Below, piece by piece: positions 53,720-64,000 of a stretch of 64,000 nucleotides of DNA. Within the stretch, counting starts at the first letter, position 1. Each line of letters starts with the position of its first letter. Position numbers and translations under genes: made by a program. The notes under the pieces were generated by a model. The model made no database searches. It saw nothing but the letters and a program-made list of their open reading frames with translations, and was not told the DNA's origin. Source of the stretch: an uncultured delta proteobacterium (GTDB lineage: Bacteria; Desulfobacterota; Syntrophia; Syntrophales; UBA2192); contig CAVPJD010000032.1 of NCBI GenBank assembly GCA_963705165.1, forward strand, positions 1 through 64,000, written 5' to 3'.

Positions 53720-56674
53720 CTATTTCAGCTTGAAATCGACACGGCTGTTTTTCACGTCTTTTTTGGCCTCGGGCTGCAGCGTCTTCGGCTCGACGACAAA
53801 AACCCTGCCCGATTCGAATTCCCCTTTTTCCCGGAGGGCCTCCGACACCGTTTCGGCACGCTTCGTCGCCAGGAGTCGCAGATCGTCATCCTTGACGACG
53901 ATGTGGGTCATCATGAGCTTCTCCATCTCCTCGTTGGGAAGGCCCTTCTCCATCCCGACGATGTTTCTCGGCTTCGGGAACTTTTCTGCACTGTAGGCCC
54001 TCTTCAGGTATCGCTCGTATTCCTGCTTCTCGATCGTGATCTCGTCTACGGACTCGACCTTTTCCCCTTTCCGGACCAGTTCGTTGAGCTTTTGGGCCTT
54101 CAGCTTTCTCTGAAACTGGTACTGGATGAGACCTTCGCGGTCCCGTTCCATGTCCACACCGCCGACAATGTCCAGCTTGAGGGCCGGTTTTGCCTTCAGA
54201 GCCTTCACCAGCGTCTCGATTTTTTTCATGTTGGGTTCCGAGAGGTCCGTCGATCCATTATCGAACTCGATGTAGCTCAGTTCCTCACCGCCGCCGAAGA
54301 GTGAGCCCAGCAGGGCAAAAGGCGCCGTTGCGACCTTCGTGAGAATGTTGACGATGACCTGGACGACGATGCGCCAGACGCTGAACTCCGGGTCGTCGAT
54401 GCGGCCCGTCAGGGGGATGTCCAGGTTGATCTTGCCCTCGTTGTCCCGCAGAAGCGTGATGGCCAGGCCCACGGGCAGCTTGGTGGCCTGGGGGCTTTCC
54501 ACCCGGTCACCGAGAGTGAGTTGATCGATGACCACCTTGTTTTCAGCATCGAGCTTCATGCCGGAGATCAGGTACTTGAGGTCGAAGGAAAGAGATCCCT
54601 TCTCGATCTTGTACCCCGCATAGGTGCTCGAATAGGGTGTCAGGGGACTCAGGTTGAAATCCCTGAGGGAAGCCTTGAGGTCCACGAAGAGATTATCCTT
54701 GAAGGGGTAGACCTTCCCGGTGATCTCCATCGGGATTTGCCGCCCGATCTTGCCCCGGATATCCACATCGGCCGGCTTGGTCGTGATTGAGGTCACGCCG
54801 GTGACTCTTCCCGTGAGTTCCGTGAGCGTTGACGAAAAATTGGGCTTGATCTTCCGGTCGTCCAAGACGATGGTGCCGTTCTGGAGCGTGATGCGGTTGA
54901 TCTCGATGTTCTTTGCCAGGATGTCGCCCAGATATTCCTTGTTTTCTTCCGGCTGTGCCTCTTCCCTCTTTTTGGGCGGTGCAAGTTTGGCCTCGGCGGC
55001 TTCGTCCTGCTCGGCTGTCTCCGGCTTGGCCACGTTCTTCACGTTCAGGGTGCCGTCCTCGTTGACGATGATCCGGGCGTAGAGATCGGCGAGCGCGATG
55101 TCCTTAATGCGGACGAAGAGAGGGTTATAGCCTGCACTCAGGCTGTTCATGAACAGCGATTTGAATTTGATGAAATCATCGCCGTTGACCTTGTCCACCG
55201 TCGCGACGCGGGCAAGAAGGAAATTGCCGTCGTATTTGACCGTGACCTCCTTCTCGGGGGCCTTGCTGGCCAGGACGGTCCCCTTGGCGGAAATGTCGCC
55301 GTCTGTGAAATTGACGCGGAAATATTCCGTGAAGTACTCCTGGAAGGGACGGATCCGCATCTTTTTAAGGTCGACATCGAGATTGGCGAAGACGGGGTTG
55401 AAACCGACGGGCCCGCTGACGGCGATGGAACCCCTGCCTTTGTTGAAGTCCATCGAGACCGATAGCTTTCCCTGGCTGTCCTTTACCGTGGAGATCTTTT
55501 CCCCCTTGACGGTTATGTCCTGGATCAGGGAGTTGACCGGCTCCGGCGGCACTTCGTCACGATAGACGATCTTGCCGTTCTTGAGGTCGAACTCGTCCAG
55601 GATCAGGATCGGCAGAGGCTTATCCCCGGCCCCCTCCTCCGCCTTGGCCGTCTCGGGTTCTTCTTTTTTTTGAGCTGCCAGGGTCAGCAGATTAATCGTT
55701 CCGCTTTTATCCCGGCGGACGTTTATCTCGGGCGATTCGAGGGCAATTTTCGCGAAGTGAAATTTTGACTGCAGCGGTTCGACGGCCGTCATGACTACGT
55801 CGAGGCGCTGCAGCCCGGCAACAGGCTTCTTTGTCCTCTCTTGTAAGACAAAGTCCCTCAGCGCCACGTTGCCGGCGACGACGATGGCGGGGGGCTGATC
55901 CGGGGACATGGAGAAGGTGATCGTCGACTGCACGTCGAGTTTCCCGGAGGGGATGGTGATATTCAGTTCATGCGGGACGTAGGCCAGGTAGAAGGGAAGG
56001 TCCAGGTCCTCGATGAGGATGTTGAAGATCGTCTCGCGGGTATCCTTGAAGATCTTCGTCTTTCCCTCCAGCGAGTACGGGTCGCCGTTGATCGTCGCGG
56101 CAAAGCGAGGCTGCACATAGGTGTCGATATACTCCGGAATGTTTGAGACAAAGGGGATCCCGATGTTCATATCCCGGATGGTGTGTGTCGTATCGAAGGG
56201 GCCGTCGACAAAATCGACGCCCCCGCTTTCGATGACGATGTTGTTCACCGAGAACTGCGGTGGCTCCTTCTTCTCGTCCTTCGGCTCTTCCTTCATCAGC
56301 GCAAGCAGATCGGAGAAGTTGTAGGTCTTGTCCTTGTTCCGGACCAAATGAAGATAGGGTTTGCGGACAATGAATTCCTCGATGACGGGCGCCCGCTTGA
56401 AGATCGAACGGATGTCGAGGTTGACCACCATCTCGTCGAAAGACACAAAGGTCTTTTCGCCCTTGGGCTCCTTGATCTCAAACCCGCGCAGGGTGACGGT
56501 CAGCGTGTATGGGTTCAGGCTGATCTCGGAGAGAATCACCTGGCGGTTGAGGGTCTTGGAGAGGGTTTCAAGAAGGTATGGCTTCACGAGGGGCGGGATG
56601 ACAAAGAAGCCGATGACCGTGAAGAGAACGAAAAAGACTGCGGCGCCAATAATCCATTTTTTCAATCGGCCCAT
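53720..56674 (-). CDS. DUF748 (AsmA-like) protein
   Basis: N-terminal TM, ISLNPYTL, NFSDLL, LDIPLTGRIDDPEF, APFALLGSL, SRVDF. Confidence 0.9.
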   Translation of the reverse strand: MGRLKKWIIGAAVFFVLFTVIGFFVIPPLVKPYLLETLSKTLNRQVILSEISLNPYTLTVTLRGFEIKEPKGEKTFVSFDEMVVNLDIRSIFKRAPVIEEFIVRKPYLHLVRNKDKTYNFSDLLALMKEEPKDEKKEPPQFSVNNIVIESGGVDFVDGPFDTTHTIRDMNIGIPFVSNIPEYIDTYVQPRFAATINGDPYSLEGKTKIFKDTRETIFNILIEDLDLPFYLAYVPHELNITIPSGKLDVQSTITFSMSPDQPPAIVVAGNVALRDFVLQERTKKPVAGLQRLDVVMTAVEPLQSKFHFAKIALESPEINVRRDKSGTINLLTLAAQKKEEPETAKAEEGAGDKPLPILILDEFDLKNGKIVYRDEVPPEPVNSLIQDITVKGEKISTVKDSQGKLSVSMDFNKGRGSIAVSGPVGFNPVFANLDVDLKKMRIRPFQEYFTEYFRVNFTDGDISAKGTVLASKAPEKEVTVKYDGNFLLARVATVDKVNGDDFIKFKSLFMNSLSAGYNPLFVRIKDIALADLYARIIVNEDGTLNVKNVAKPETAEQDEAAEAKLAPPKKREEAQPEENKEYLGDILAKNIEINRITLQNGTIVLDDRKIKPNFSSTLTELTGRVTGVTSITTKPADVDIRGKIGRQIPMEITGKVYPFKDNLFVDLKASLRDFNLSPLTPYSSTYAGYKIEKGSLSFDLKYLISGMKLDAENKVVIDQLTLGDRVESPQATKLPVGLAITLLRDNEGKINLDIPLTGRIDDPEFSVWRIVVQVIVNILTKVATAPFALLGSLFGGGEELSYIEFDNGSTDLSEPNMKKIETLVKALKAKPALKLDIVGGVDMERDREGLIQYQFQRKLKAQKLNELVRKGEKVESVDEITIEKQEYERYLKRAYSAEKFPKPRNIVGMEKGLPNEEMEKLMMTHIVVKDDDLRLLATKRAETVSEALREKGEFESGRVFVVEPKTLQPEAKKDVKNSRVDFKLK

Positions 56675-57141
56675 GTTGTTCTCCGTTGGCGTCAATATTC
56701 TGATGCGGTTGCATGGGAAAGAAACCGGGAACGGCGGGTGCCGGGTACAGCCTTCCTGCAAAATCAATTTCGCACAGGCACCATAATTTTTCAATAGACA
56801 ATACTCAAGGGAGTGGAAGAAGTGCCAGAGTGCTTGATTGACCGAGTGAAGAGGAAGAAGGGACCAGGGACCGGGGTGCAGGGACGAGGGGCGCGCATTG
56901 CTCGCGAGAAAGAAATACAGGAAATGCGCGCTGTCCGCAAACGGGCCTGGGGTGCCTGTTTGCGGCGATATCGCGTTATACCGATTCGCTGAACCATGCG
57001 CGAGCCGCGGAAAAAATCGGTAACGGAGATCCTGAAGTGCAGAAAATGCTTGAAATACGGAAAAAATTCGTATAGATGAGTAGTACTCTTGAAGATAAAT
57101 ACGAGACAAGAAGAAACACAACAAGCAAGGAGGAGATCAAG

Positions 57142-57465
57142 ATGGCCAAAGCGAGGAAGGGTGATCTGTTCACTTGTGAGCTGTGCGGTATCGTCGTCGC
57201 TGTTGACGAGAACTGCGATTGCGTCGTCGGTGAGTTGATCTGTTGTGACATTCCAATGGAGAAAGGAAAGGCAAAGATGAAGAAGGCCGCAAAGCCAGCG
57301 AAGAAGGCAGCGAAGAAGCCCGTGAAGAAGGCAGCGCCGAAGAAGGCAGCGAAGAAGCCCGTGAAGAAGGCAGCGAAGAAGCCCGTGAAGAAGGCAGCAC
57401 CGAAGAAGGCAGCGCCTGCGAAAGCTAAGAAGGCGGCGAAGCCCAAGGCGAAGGCAAAGAAGTAA
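57142..57465 (+). CDS. Desulforedoxin-like Cys domain fused to a histone-H1-like Lys/Ala/Pro tail
   Basis: FTCELCG...CDC...LICCDIPM then KKAAKKPV/KKAAP repeats; strong RBS; terminator at ~57553-57588. Confidence 0.85.
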   Translation: MAKARKGDLFTCELCGIVVAVDENCDCVVGELICCDIPMEKGKAKMKKAAKPAKKAAKKPVKKAAPKKAAKKPVKKAAKKPVKKAAPKKAAPAKAKKAAKPKAKAKK

Positions 57466-57804
57466 CGCGATCGGTTCAATGAACTCGAGCATCGCTTTCC
57501 GCCCGGAGAGAACCTTCTGACGGCGCGGGGCGGTTGCCGCACAGACGCCAGAAGAAACCCCGCTTGCAAACGAGCGGGGTTTCTTTTTGCCCCGACGGCT
57601 TACGCTGAAAGGAGCAAGGGCCGCCTGCCGGTCAAAACCGTTGACGGACGCGCAAAGATGCTTTATTTTAAAACTGTGTATAGCGCATAACCCGGCAGGA
57701 ACCGCCTCCTGCAGACGGAACCCCGCCGCGGCCGGGCCATTCCATCCGGGTCAACGCAAAGCGATCGAAGCCGACAATATCACCGTTCAAAAAGGAGGTC
57801 ACAC

Positions 57805-58227
57805 ATGGCAAGCAAGAAACTGTTGGAGCTTTTGAACAAGGGAATCGCCCGGGAAATCCAGGTGTCGGTCCAGTACATATGGCAGCACGTCCAGTGGTCC
57901 GGAATCCCTCACTACGCAATCAAGGATGAGCTGAAGAAAATCGCTGTCGCGGAAATGAAGCATGCCGAAGCCATTGCGGAGAGGCTCTTCTATCTCGGGG
58001 GGACCCCCACGACGAAGCCCGACCCGATCTTCGTGGGCAAGACCCTCAAGGAGATGCTGACCAAGGACATGAAGGACGAGGAAGGCGCCATCAAGCTCTA
58101 CAAGCAGACGATCGAGGTGGCCGAAAAGGAAGGCGACATCACGACGGCACAGCTCTTCAAGAAGATCCTCGCGGACGAGGAGGAGCACCACGATTTCTTC
58201 CAGGGCATTCTCGAGGGGTTGAAGTAA
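57805..58227 (+). CDS. Ferritin-like diiron protein
   Basis: REI...QY, EMKHAE, EEGAIKLY, DEEEH. Confidence 0.9.
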   Translation: MASKKLLELLNKGIAREIQVSVQYIWQHVQWSGIPHYAIKDELKKIAVAEMKHAEAIAERLFYLGGTPTTKPDPIFVGKTLKEMLTKDMKDEEGAIKLYKQTIEVAEKEGDITTAQLFKKILADEEEHHDFFQGILEGLK

Positions 58228-58333
58228 AGAAGGCGGAACGACGAAACAGAAGCCCACTTCACGGTGGGCTTTTGTTTTTCTGCCGTGCTGTTCGGGAACC
58301 CTGCGTAACCCCCAGGCGAAAAGGTGAAGAAGG

Positions 58334-58789
58334 ATGAGAAGACACGAAAGAGAGATCCGGGAAGAAACAGAAATTCATGAAATCCTCGAGAAAGCGCTCG
58401 TCTGCCGCCTCGGGCTTTATGACGGGCGCTACCCCTATGTGGTCCCGCTGAATTACGGATACCGGGACGGGCGCCTCTACTTCCATAGCGCCAGGGAGGG
58501 CAGGAAGATCGACATCCTGAAAAAGTTTGACCGGGTCTGCATCGAAGTCGACATCGACTCCCGGATCGTACCGGGCGATGCGCCGTGCCGGTGGGCAGCG
58601 AAGTACCGCAGCGTGATCGGCTTCGGCAGGGCCAGGATCGTGGATGACGAGGCGGAGAAAAAAGCCGCCCTCGATGTCATCATGGCGCACTATGGCGGGC
58701 AAGGAGGCGAATACGATGAAAAATCTCTGCAGCGGACCTGCGTGATCGAAGTTGTCATCGAGAACATGACGGGCAAGCAGTCTCTCTGA
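58334..58789 (+). CDS. Pyridoxamine 5'-phosphate oxidase / NimA-like protein
   Basis: MRRHEREI, PYVVPLNY, YFHSAREGRK, YRSVIGFG. Confidence 0.9.
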   Translation: MRRHEREIREETEIHEILEKALVCRLGLYDGRYPYVVPLNYGYRDGRLYFHSAREGRKIDILKKFDRVCIEVDIDSRIVPGDAPCRWAAKYRSVIGFGRARIVDDEAEKKAALDVIMAHYGGQGGEYDEKSLQRTCVIEVVIENMTGKQSL

Positions 58790-58944
58790 CAGCCCTTCGA
58801 ATGTCACGCCGGAAGACCCGGAGCCCCTGTATCCGGCATGAAAAATATCGGTTGACTGGAATTATTTGGCATGCCAAGTAAAGAGGGAAGCGAGGAAGCT
58901 CGGAAGTGACGAAGAGCGGAAAACCCGGGAGGGAAAAGGATTCG

Positions 58945-59403
58945 ATGCCGAAGGACGACCGCCTGATCTACCTTGTTTTCACCGCGCAGCTGAAGCTGAG
59001 AACCTACCTGAAGAATGTCTTTTCCGAAGCCGGGGTCACCATCACGCCGGCCCAGTCGGGAATCCTTTTTCTTCTCAAAAGAAAGAACGGGCAGACCATG
59101 TCGGAGCTCAGCCAGGTGCTCACCCTCGACAACTCGACCCTGACGGGTCTTGTAGACCGGCTCGAGCGCTCGGGCTTCGTGAAGCGCAATGCAAGCACGG
59201 CGGATCGAAGGGCCTCGCACGTTTTCATCACAGATAAGGGAGGCGGGGAGATCGAACGGGCAAGGGCCGTAATCAACCGGGTGAACGAGCAGATCAAGGC
59301 GGATTTTACGGAAAGTGAGGTCGAGGCATTCAAAAAAATCCTGAACTCCTTCTTCGTCAGGTTTGCGGCGCACCCGCGAGGGGAGGCCAGTGATGGTGGT
59401 TGA
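58945..59403 (+). CDS. MarR family regulator
   Basis: ITPAQ, STLTGLVDRLE..GFV.R....DRR. Confidence 0.9.
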   Translation: MPKDDRLIYLVFTAQLKLRTYLKNVFSEAGVTITPAQSGILFLLKRKNGQTMSELSQVLTLDNSTLTGLVDRLERSGFVKRNASTADRRASHVFITDKGGGEIERARAVINRVNEQIKADFTESEVEAFKKILNSFFVRFAAHPRGEASDGG

Positions 59404-60541
59404 ACAGGGAAGAAAGGAACGCATCTCGCGACTGAAGATGCAGGCGATCCGCTTTGCCGGCCGGGATCTGTCCGGGGGCGGCGATCTCGGGAGCCGGGAA
59501 GACCCCGGAGAGCTCTGGCGGACAATGGCCAGGCGGGGCCTTCTGGGTTGGAGCATCCCTGCAGCCTTCGGGGGTGAAGGAGCAGGCTATTCCGACATCC
59601 TTCCGGCCGTGGAGGCCTTCGTCGCGAAAGGCGGCAGACCGGGGCTTGCACTATCCTGGATGGTCCATCTGATTGTCGGAAAGGTCCTCATCGCAGGCGT
59701 CGCAAAGGGCATGCAGAAAAAAGAGATCCTGCCCGGGATGGCCTCCGGCAGACGGACGGCCTCCATAGCTCTCTCCGAGCCCGGGGCCGGCAGCGACCCG
59801 AAGCGTATCCGCACGACGGCCGTGAAAAAGGGAAGAGCCTATGTGCTCGATGGGGAAAAGGCGTGGCTCACCAATGGTCCCCTGGCCGATCTCTTCATTG
59901 TATTTGCCGTGACGGGAGAGCGGGGAGGGAAAAAGGGCTTTACGGCTTTTCTTGTCCCGAGGGAAACCCCCGGGCTCACCGTCCGTGAAATGCCGGCCCT
60001 GGGTTACTTGAGACCGTCCCCGCACTGCGAGATCCGGCTTGAGGGTTGCGACCTGCCCGAAGCCGCCATCCTGGGCCGAAAGGGTCGGGCCTGGGAAGAA
60101 CTCTCGAAGCCGTTCAGGGTGGCTGAGGATGTGCTGCTCGCAGGTGCCGTCCTCGGGGGAATGGATTGGGAGCTGAGGCGAGCTGTCCGGAGCCTGAGGG
60201 ATGGCAGACGGGTAATCGAAAACGACGCGAAGGAGCGCATCGGGGGATTCGCAGCCATGCTGGAGGCGGCAAGGCAGGTTGCGCGGGGCGCCGCTAGGGA
60301 ACTCGACGGCGGGAGGCAGGGCACGGACGTGGAGCACCGTCTCGTTGCCTTTCACCTCATCGCGAAAACGCTGCAGGAATCCCTCGGGGGAATCCTCGAA
60401 AAGACCTCAAGCGGCAGGCCCTCCGGTCCGGATGCGCAGGGGGACGACATCGCCCGGATCATCGGACTCGGGATGTACGCATCACGGGCCCGTCAACGCA
60501 AATGGGGAGATACACTTCTGATCGGGAAGGAGAAATCATGA
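59393..60541 (+). CDS. Acyl-CoA dehydrogenase family protein (divergent C-terminus)
   Basis: IPAAFGG, ALSEPGAGSD, DGEKAWLTNG, TAFLV. Confidence 0.85.
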   Translation: MVVEQGRKERISRLKMQAIRFAGRDLSGGGDLGSREDPGELWRTMARRGLLGWSIPAAFGGEGAGYSDILPAVEAFVAKGGRPGLALSWMVHLIVGKVLIAGVAKGMQKKEILPGMASGRRTASIALSEPGAGSDPKRIRTTAVKKGRAYVLDGEKAWLTNGPLADLFIVFAVTGERGGKKGFTAFLVPRETPGLTVREMPALGYLRPSPHCEIRLEGCDLPEAAILGRKGRAWEELSKPFRVAEDVLLAGAVLGGMDWELRRAVRSLRDGRRVIENDAKERIGGFAAMLEAARQVARGAARELDGGRQGTDVEHRLVAFHLIAKTLQESLGGILEKTSSGRPSGPDAQGDDIARIIGLGMYASRARQRKWGDTLLIGKEKS

Positions 60542-61482
60542 GGGATCAAACCGGGAAATTCGAAACGGTCGACCAGGTGAACGAGGGCTTCAAGAGCACC
60601 GGCTACATCTGCAGCACGGATATCGCGACGACGGTCTACCTGGCCTTTCACCTGGAGAAGCCGGTCCTCGTCGAGGGGCCTGCCGGAGTGGGGAAGACGG
60701 AGCTTGCGAAAAAGGCGGCCCAGTTCATGGACGTGCCGCTCATCCGGCTGCAATGCTACGAGGGTCTCGACGAGTCCAAGGCGCTCTACGAGTGGAAGTA
60801 CGGCAAACAGCTCCTCTACTCCCAGCTGCTGCGGGACAAGCTTGATCAGGTCATCGATAAGGAGAGCGATCTGGGCGAGTCGATCCGGACGCTGCACCGC
60901 TACGAGGACATCTTCTTCTCTCCCCAGTTTCTCGAGCCGAGGCCGCTCCTCAAGGCGCTTCAGGAGGAACGGGGCGCCGTGCTCCTCATCGACGAGGTGG
61001 ACAAGGCCGACGAGGAGTTCGAAGCCTTTCTGCTGGAGATCCTCTCCGATTTCCAGGTGTCAATTCCCGAGATCGGCACGGTGACGGCGCGGACGAAGCC
61101 CTACGTATTCCTCACCAGCAACAGCACCCGCGAGCTCAGCGAGGCGCTGAAGAGGCGCTGCCTGCACCTCTTTATCCCGTTCCCCGCTCCCGATCTCGAG
61201 CGGGAGATCGTCCGCCACCACGTACCCGATATTCCCGATCTCCTGGAGAGGCAGCTGGTGATGTTCATCCACGAGGTAAGAAAGCTCGAACTCAAGAAAG
61301 TGCCCTCCATCAGTGAGACCATCGACTGGGCCCGGGCCCTGATCCTGCTGCACGCCGAGGGACTCGACCGGGATCTGACCCGCAAGACCCTCAACACCTT
61401 TCTCAAGTACGAGGAGGACATGCGGACCGTAGATGAAAAACTCTTTCTGCTCGTCGACAAGGCCCTGAAGGAAACGGCCTGA
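60538..61482 (+). CDS. MoxR AAA+ ATPase (CoxD-like)
   Basis: EGPAGVGKTELA, RLQCYEGLD, LLIDEVDKAD, LKRRC. Confidence 0.92.
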   Translation: MRDQTGKFETVDQVNEGFKSTGYICSTDIATTVYLAFHLEKPVLVEGPAGVGKTELAKKAAQFMDVPLIRLQCYEGLDESKALYEWKYGKQLLYSQLLRDKLDQVIDKESDLGESIRTLHRYEDIFFSPQFLEPRPLLKALQEERGAVLLIDEVDKADEEFEAFLLEILSDFQVSIPEIGTVTARTKPYVFLTSNSTRELSEALKRRCLHLFIPFPAPDLEREIVRHHVPDIPDLLERQLVMFIHEVRKLELKKVPSISETIDWARALILLHAEGLDRDLTRKTLNTFLKYEEDMRTVDEKLFLLVDKALKETA

Positions 61483-62825
61483 TGGATCGAGTGTTAAACA
61501 ATTTCATCGTCTCTCTGCGGGGCGCGGGGGTTCCCGTTTCGGTCTCGGAGAGCATCGACGCCGCGCGAGGCCTGGCGATCTCCGGGTACGGCGAGAGGCA
61601 GGTTGTCAAGAGCACCCTTGCGGCCACCCTTGCAAAGTCCGCTGCCGAGAAGGAGATCTTCGACGACTGTTTCGAGAGGTTCTTTGCCTTCCAGGCCCCA
61701 ACGGCAGCCTTTGCGGCCGGCCAGGAAAACGGCAACGAAGAGCAATCCGGGGACATGCCGCCGATCGGGGGGATGATCATGGAGGGCGACCTGGGCGGGG
61801 TAGCACTCGCCGTTCGTGACGCAGCCCGGTCCGTGGATCTGCAGTCCATCCGTTTTTTCACCCAGCGAGGGATATTCACATCGAGGATCCTCCAGGCGCT
61901 GCAACTGGATCAGCTGGACCGTTTCGTGGGCGATCTTTACCGGGAGGGCGGCGCCGGCGCCTCGGCGGCTGCACGGCAGCTGGAGCAGGGCCGGGATGCT
62001 CTGATCGACATGGTGCGGCGCTTTGTCGAGGAGCAGTACGAGATCTACGCCCGGGAGAGCACCGAGCGGATCATCGAGCGATACCTCTGGGATGTCAGAC
62101 TCACGGAGCTGGAAGAGCGGCATTACGACCGCATGCATTTCCTCATCCGCAAGCTCGTCAAGAGGATGAACGAGCGCTACTCCCGCAGGCGTCGCAGGGC
62201 GAAACGCGGAGCCCTCGATTTCAAGCGCACCCTGAGGGCAAACATGCACCACGGGGGACTTCTCTTCGAGACGCACTGGAAGAAGAAGCGGATGAACCGG
62301 CCGGATGTGGTGATCCTCTGCGATGTGAGCCGATCCATGTCGACGGTGGTCCGTTTCTGCCTGCTGATGCTCTACGGCCTCAACGAGGTCGTGGCGCGAA
62401 TCCGCTCCTTCGTCTTCTGCTCGAGCCTTCTCGAGGTCAGCCATGTCTTTGAGACCTCTCCCATCGCCGAGGCCGTCGAGCGGCTGCGGACAGGCGAGGG
62501 GCTCGACATCCACATGGGAAGGACCGACTACGGGAGCGCCTTCTGGGACTTCACGCACCGGCACCTGGAGGCGGTCACGGGCAAGACGACGGTCATCATC
62601 CTGGGCGATGCACGCAGCAACTACGGCGACCCGGCCGATGAGCTGTTGAAGAAAATCGCCGAGCGTTGCCGCCGCCTCATCTGGCTGAACCCCGAAACGC
62701 CACCCATGTGGGGAACGGGCGACTCGGAGATGAAGCGCTACATGCGCCTCTGCGACCGGGTCATGGAGTGCAGCACCCTTCGTCACCTGGAGCAGCTCGT
62801 CCGCGTCCTCGTCCGGATCCCCTGA
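61482..62825 (+). CDS. VWA domain protein (CoxE-like)
   Basis: CDVSRSM, TDYG, ILGDARSN, WLNPE. Confidence 0.92.
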   Translation: MDRVLNNFIVSLRGAGVPVSVSESIDAARGLAISGYGERQVVKSTLAATLAKSAAEKEIFDDCFERFFAFQAPTAAFAAGQENGNEEQSGDMPPIGGMIMEGDLGGVALAVRDAARSVDLQSIRFFTQRGIFTSRILQALQLDQLDRFVGDLYREGGAGASAAARQLEQGRDALIDMVRRFVEEQYEIYARESTERIIERYLWDVRLTELEERHYDRMHFLIRKLVKRMNERYSRRRRRAKRGALDFKRTLRANMHHGGLLFETHWKKKRMNRPDVVILCDVSRSMSTVVRFCLLMLYGLNEVVARIRSFVFCSSLLEVSHVFETSPIAEAVERLRTGEGLDIHMGRTDYGSAFWDFTHRHLEAVTGKTTVIILGDARSNYGDPADELLKKIAERCRRLIWLNPETPPMWGTGDSEMKRYMRLCDRVMECSTLRHLEQLVRVLVRIP

Positions 62826-62966
62826 CACTTCGAGAAAGAGAAGTTAAGAAGGTGAGAAGGTTGGAATAGCATCGTTTTCCAATCGTTCTTGCCTGCGAAT
62901 CCTCCTGTCCTGATTATGAATAGTTGTGGTAAAATGGCTAATCAAAATGCCCATACAGTATCGTCT

Positions 62967-63708
62967 ATGAGCGTGAGACAGGAATACCGGCATGCCCAGG
63001 AGATTGCCCGGCGGATCACAGGGGAAGTGGGGGAGCCTTTCTTTTACGGCGAGCAGAAAAAAGCGGTAGAAACCTCCAGCCGTTTATTCAGAGAACACAC
63101 CCTCGTGACGCAGGCCATCACCGTCCTCGGAGCCGACCCGGACAGGATCGGTCACGGGCTCAGCCACGTCACGAAGGTGGCTGTCGATGCGGGTGCGATC
63201 ATCCTCGTCGAGCGTGAACACGTAGACGAACCCGATCGGGTCCTCAGGCTCGTCGTCCTGGCCCATGTGGCAGGGGTACTTCACGACATCAAACGGGAGG
63301 AGAAGGACCACGCCAGGAAGGGGGCCGAGGAAGCTGAGCGGGTTCTGCGAGAATTTCGATCTCAGCGAGGCCGAGCGCTTCGCGATAGCCAGCGCCATCG
63401 AGAACCACGAGGCCTTCCGGCCGGTACCGCCTCTGGGTGACCCGGCCCGGCAGCTGCTTTCCGATGCGCTCTACGACGCCGACAAATTCCGCTGGGGGCC
63501 CGACAACTTCTCTGAAATGCTCTGGGACATGGTGTCCAGGCGAGATGTGCCCCTCTCGAAGGTGCTCGGCCGGTTTCTCAAGGGGATGGAGGGGGTCGAG
63601 AGGATCCGGGAGACCTTCCGCAGCGAAACGGGACGGCATTATGGACCCGATTTCATCGACCGCGGGATGGAGATCGGCCGGCGACTCTATGCGGAGCTGA
63701 CGCGGTGA
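62967..63708 (+). CDS. HD domain protein (frameshift near 63355)
   Basis: GHGLSH, LHDIKR..HA, NHEAF, LYDADKFRWGPDNF. Confidence 0.82.
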
Positions 63709-63889
63709 GAAAAAGCAGCCGACAGCCGACAGCCGGCAGCCCACAGCCGACAGCTAAAAGCGAAAAAGAAAAGCCAACTGAATCTTCACTGTAGGCTGTA
63801 GACTGTCGGCTGTAGGCTATTGACGGTAGACTGAAAACCTGACAAACCCTGAACTCGATACCCTGAACCCGAATACGAAAGGAGACGGT

Positions 63890-64000
63890 ATGATCAAGAG
63901 GATTCTCATGGCGACGGACGGCTCTAAAACATCCGATCGGGCGCTCAAAGTTGCCATCGAAATGGCAAAGAAGATGGAGGCGAAGCTCGCCCTCGTCGGG
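63890..64000 (+). CDS. Universal stress protein (partial)
   Basis: MIKRILMATDGSKTSDRAL after a GGAG RBS. Confidence 0.85.
   Translation, partial: MIKRILMATDGSKTSDRALKVAIEMAKKMEAKLALVG

Noticed and set aside
60538..62825. MoxR/VWA pair as a novel system
   Set aside because: A common CoxD/CoxE-like chaperone pair

Overview
GC-rich bacterial chromosome segment. Gene content suggests an anaerobic Deltaproteobacterium/Desulfobacterota, Syntrophales-like (inference only). Many 1-bp frameshifts suggest an unpolished long-read assembly. The housekeeping backbone includes polX, pepA, peptide ABC ATPases, a flavin oxidoreductase, MATE, miaA, the liv operon, der, era, rnc, mtaB, moaE, a DUF748 protein, a ferritin-like protein and a MoxR/VWA pair. 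It is interrupted by accessory material: nine PEP-CTERM surface-protein genes (four with thioester-domain-like motifs, seven behind paired TGT-N11-ACA boxes plus sigma-54-like promoters), three Fn3/CFI-box-CTERM genes (one behind a c-di-GMP-I riboswitch, two behind a shared structured leader), a RAYT transposase, an IS481 nested in REP-like repeats and a stand-alone YcaO. The most striking unexplained pattern is that many gene junctions carry elements built from inverted arms of 7-8-nt tandem repeats, in several unrelated sequence families and often capped by GCGAAGC mini-hairpins. One such element carries a low-GC four-helix-bundle (Avd/23S-IVP-like) gene inside the liv operon, and empty versions occur nearby. 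Three genes also show duplicated or replaced 3' ends.
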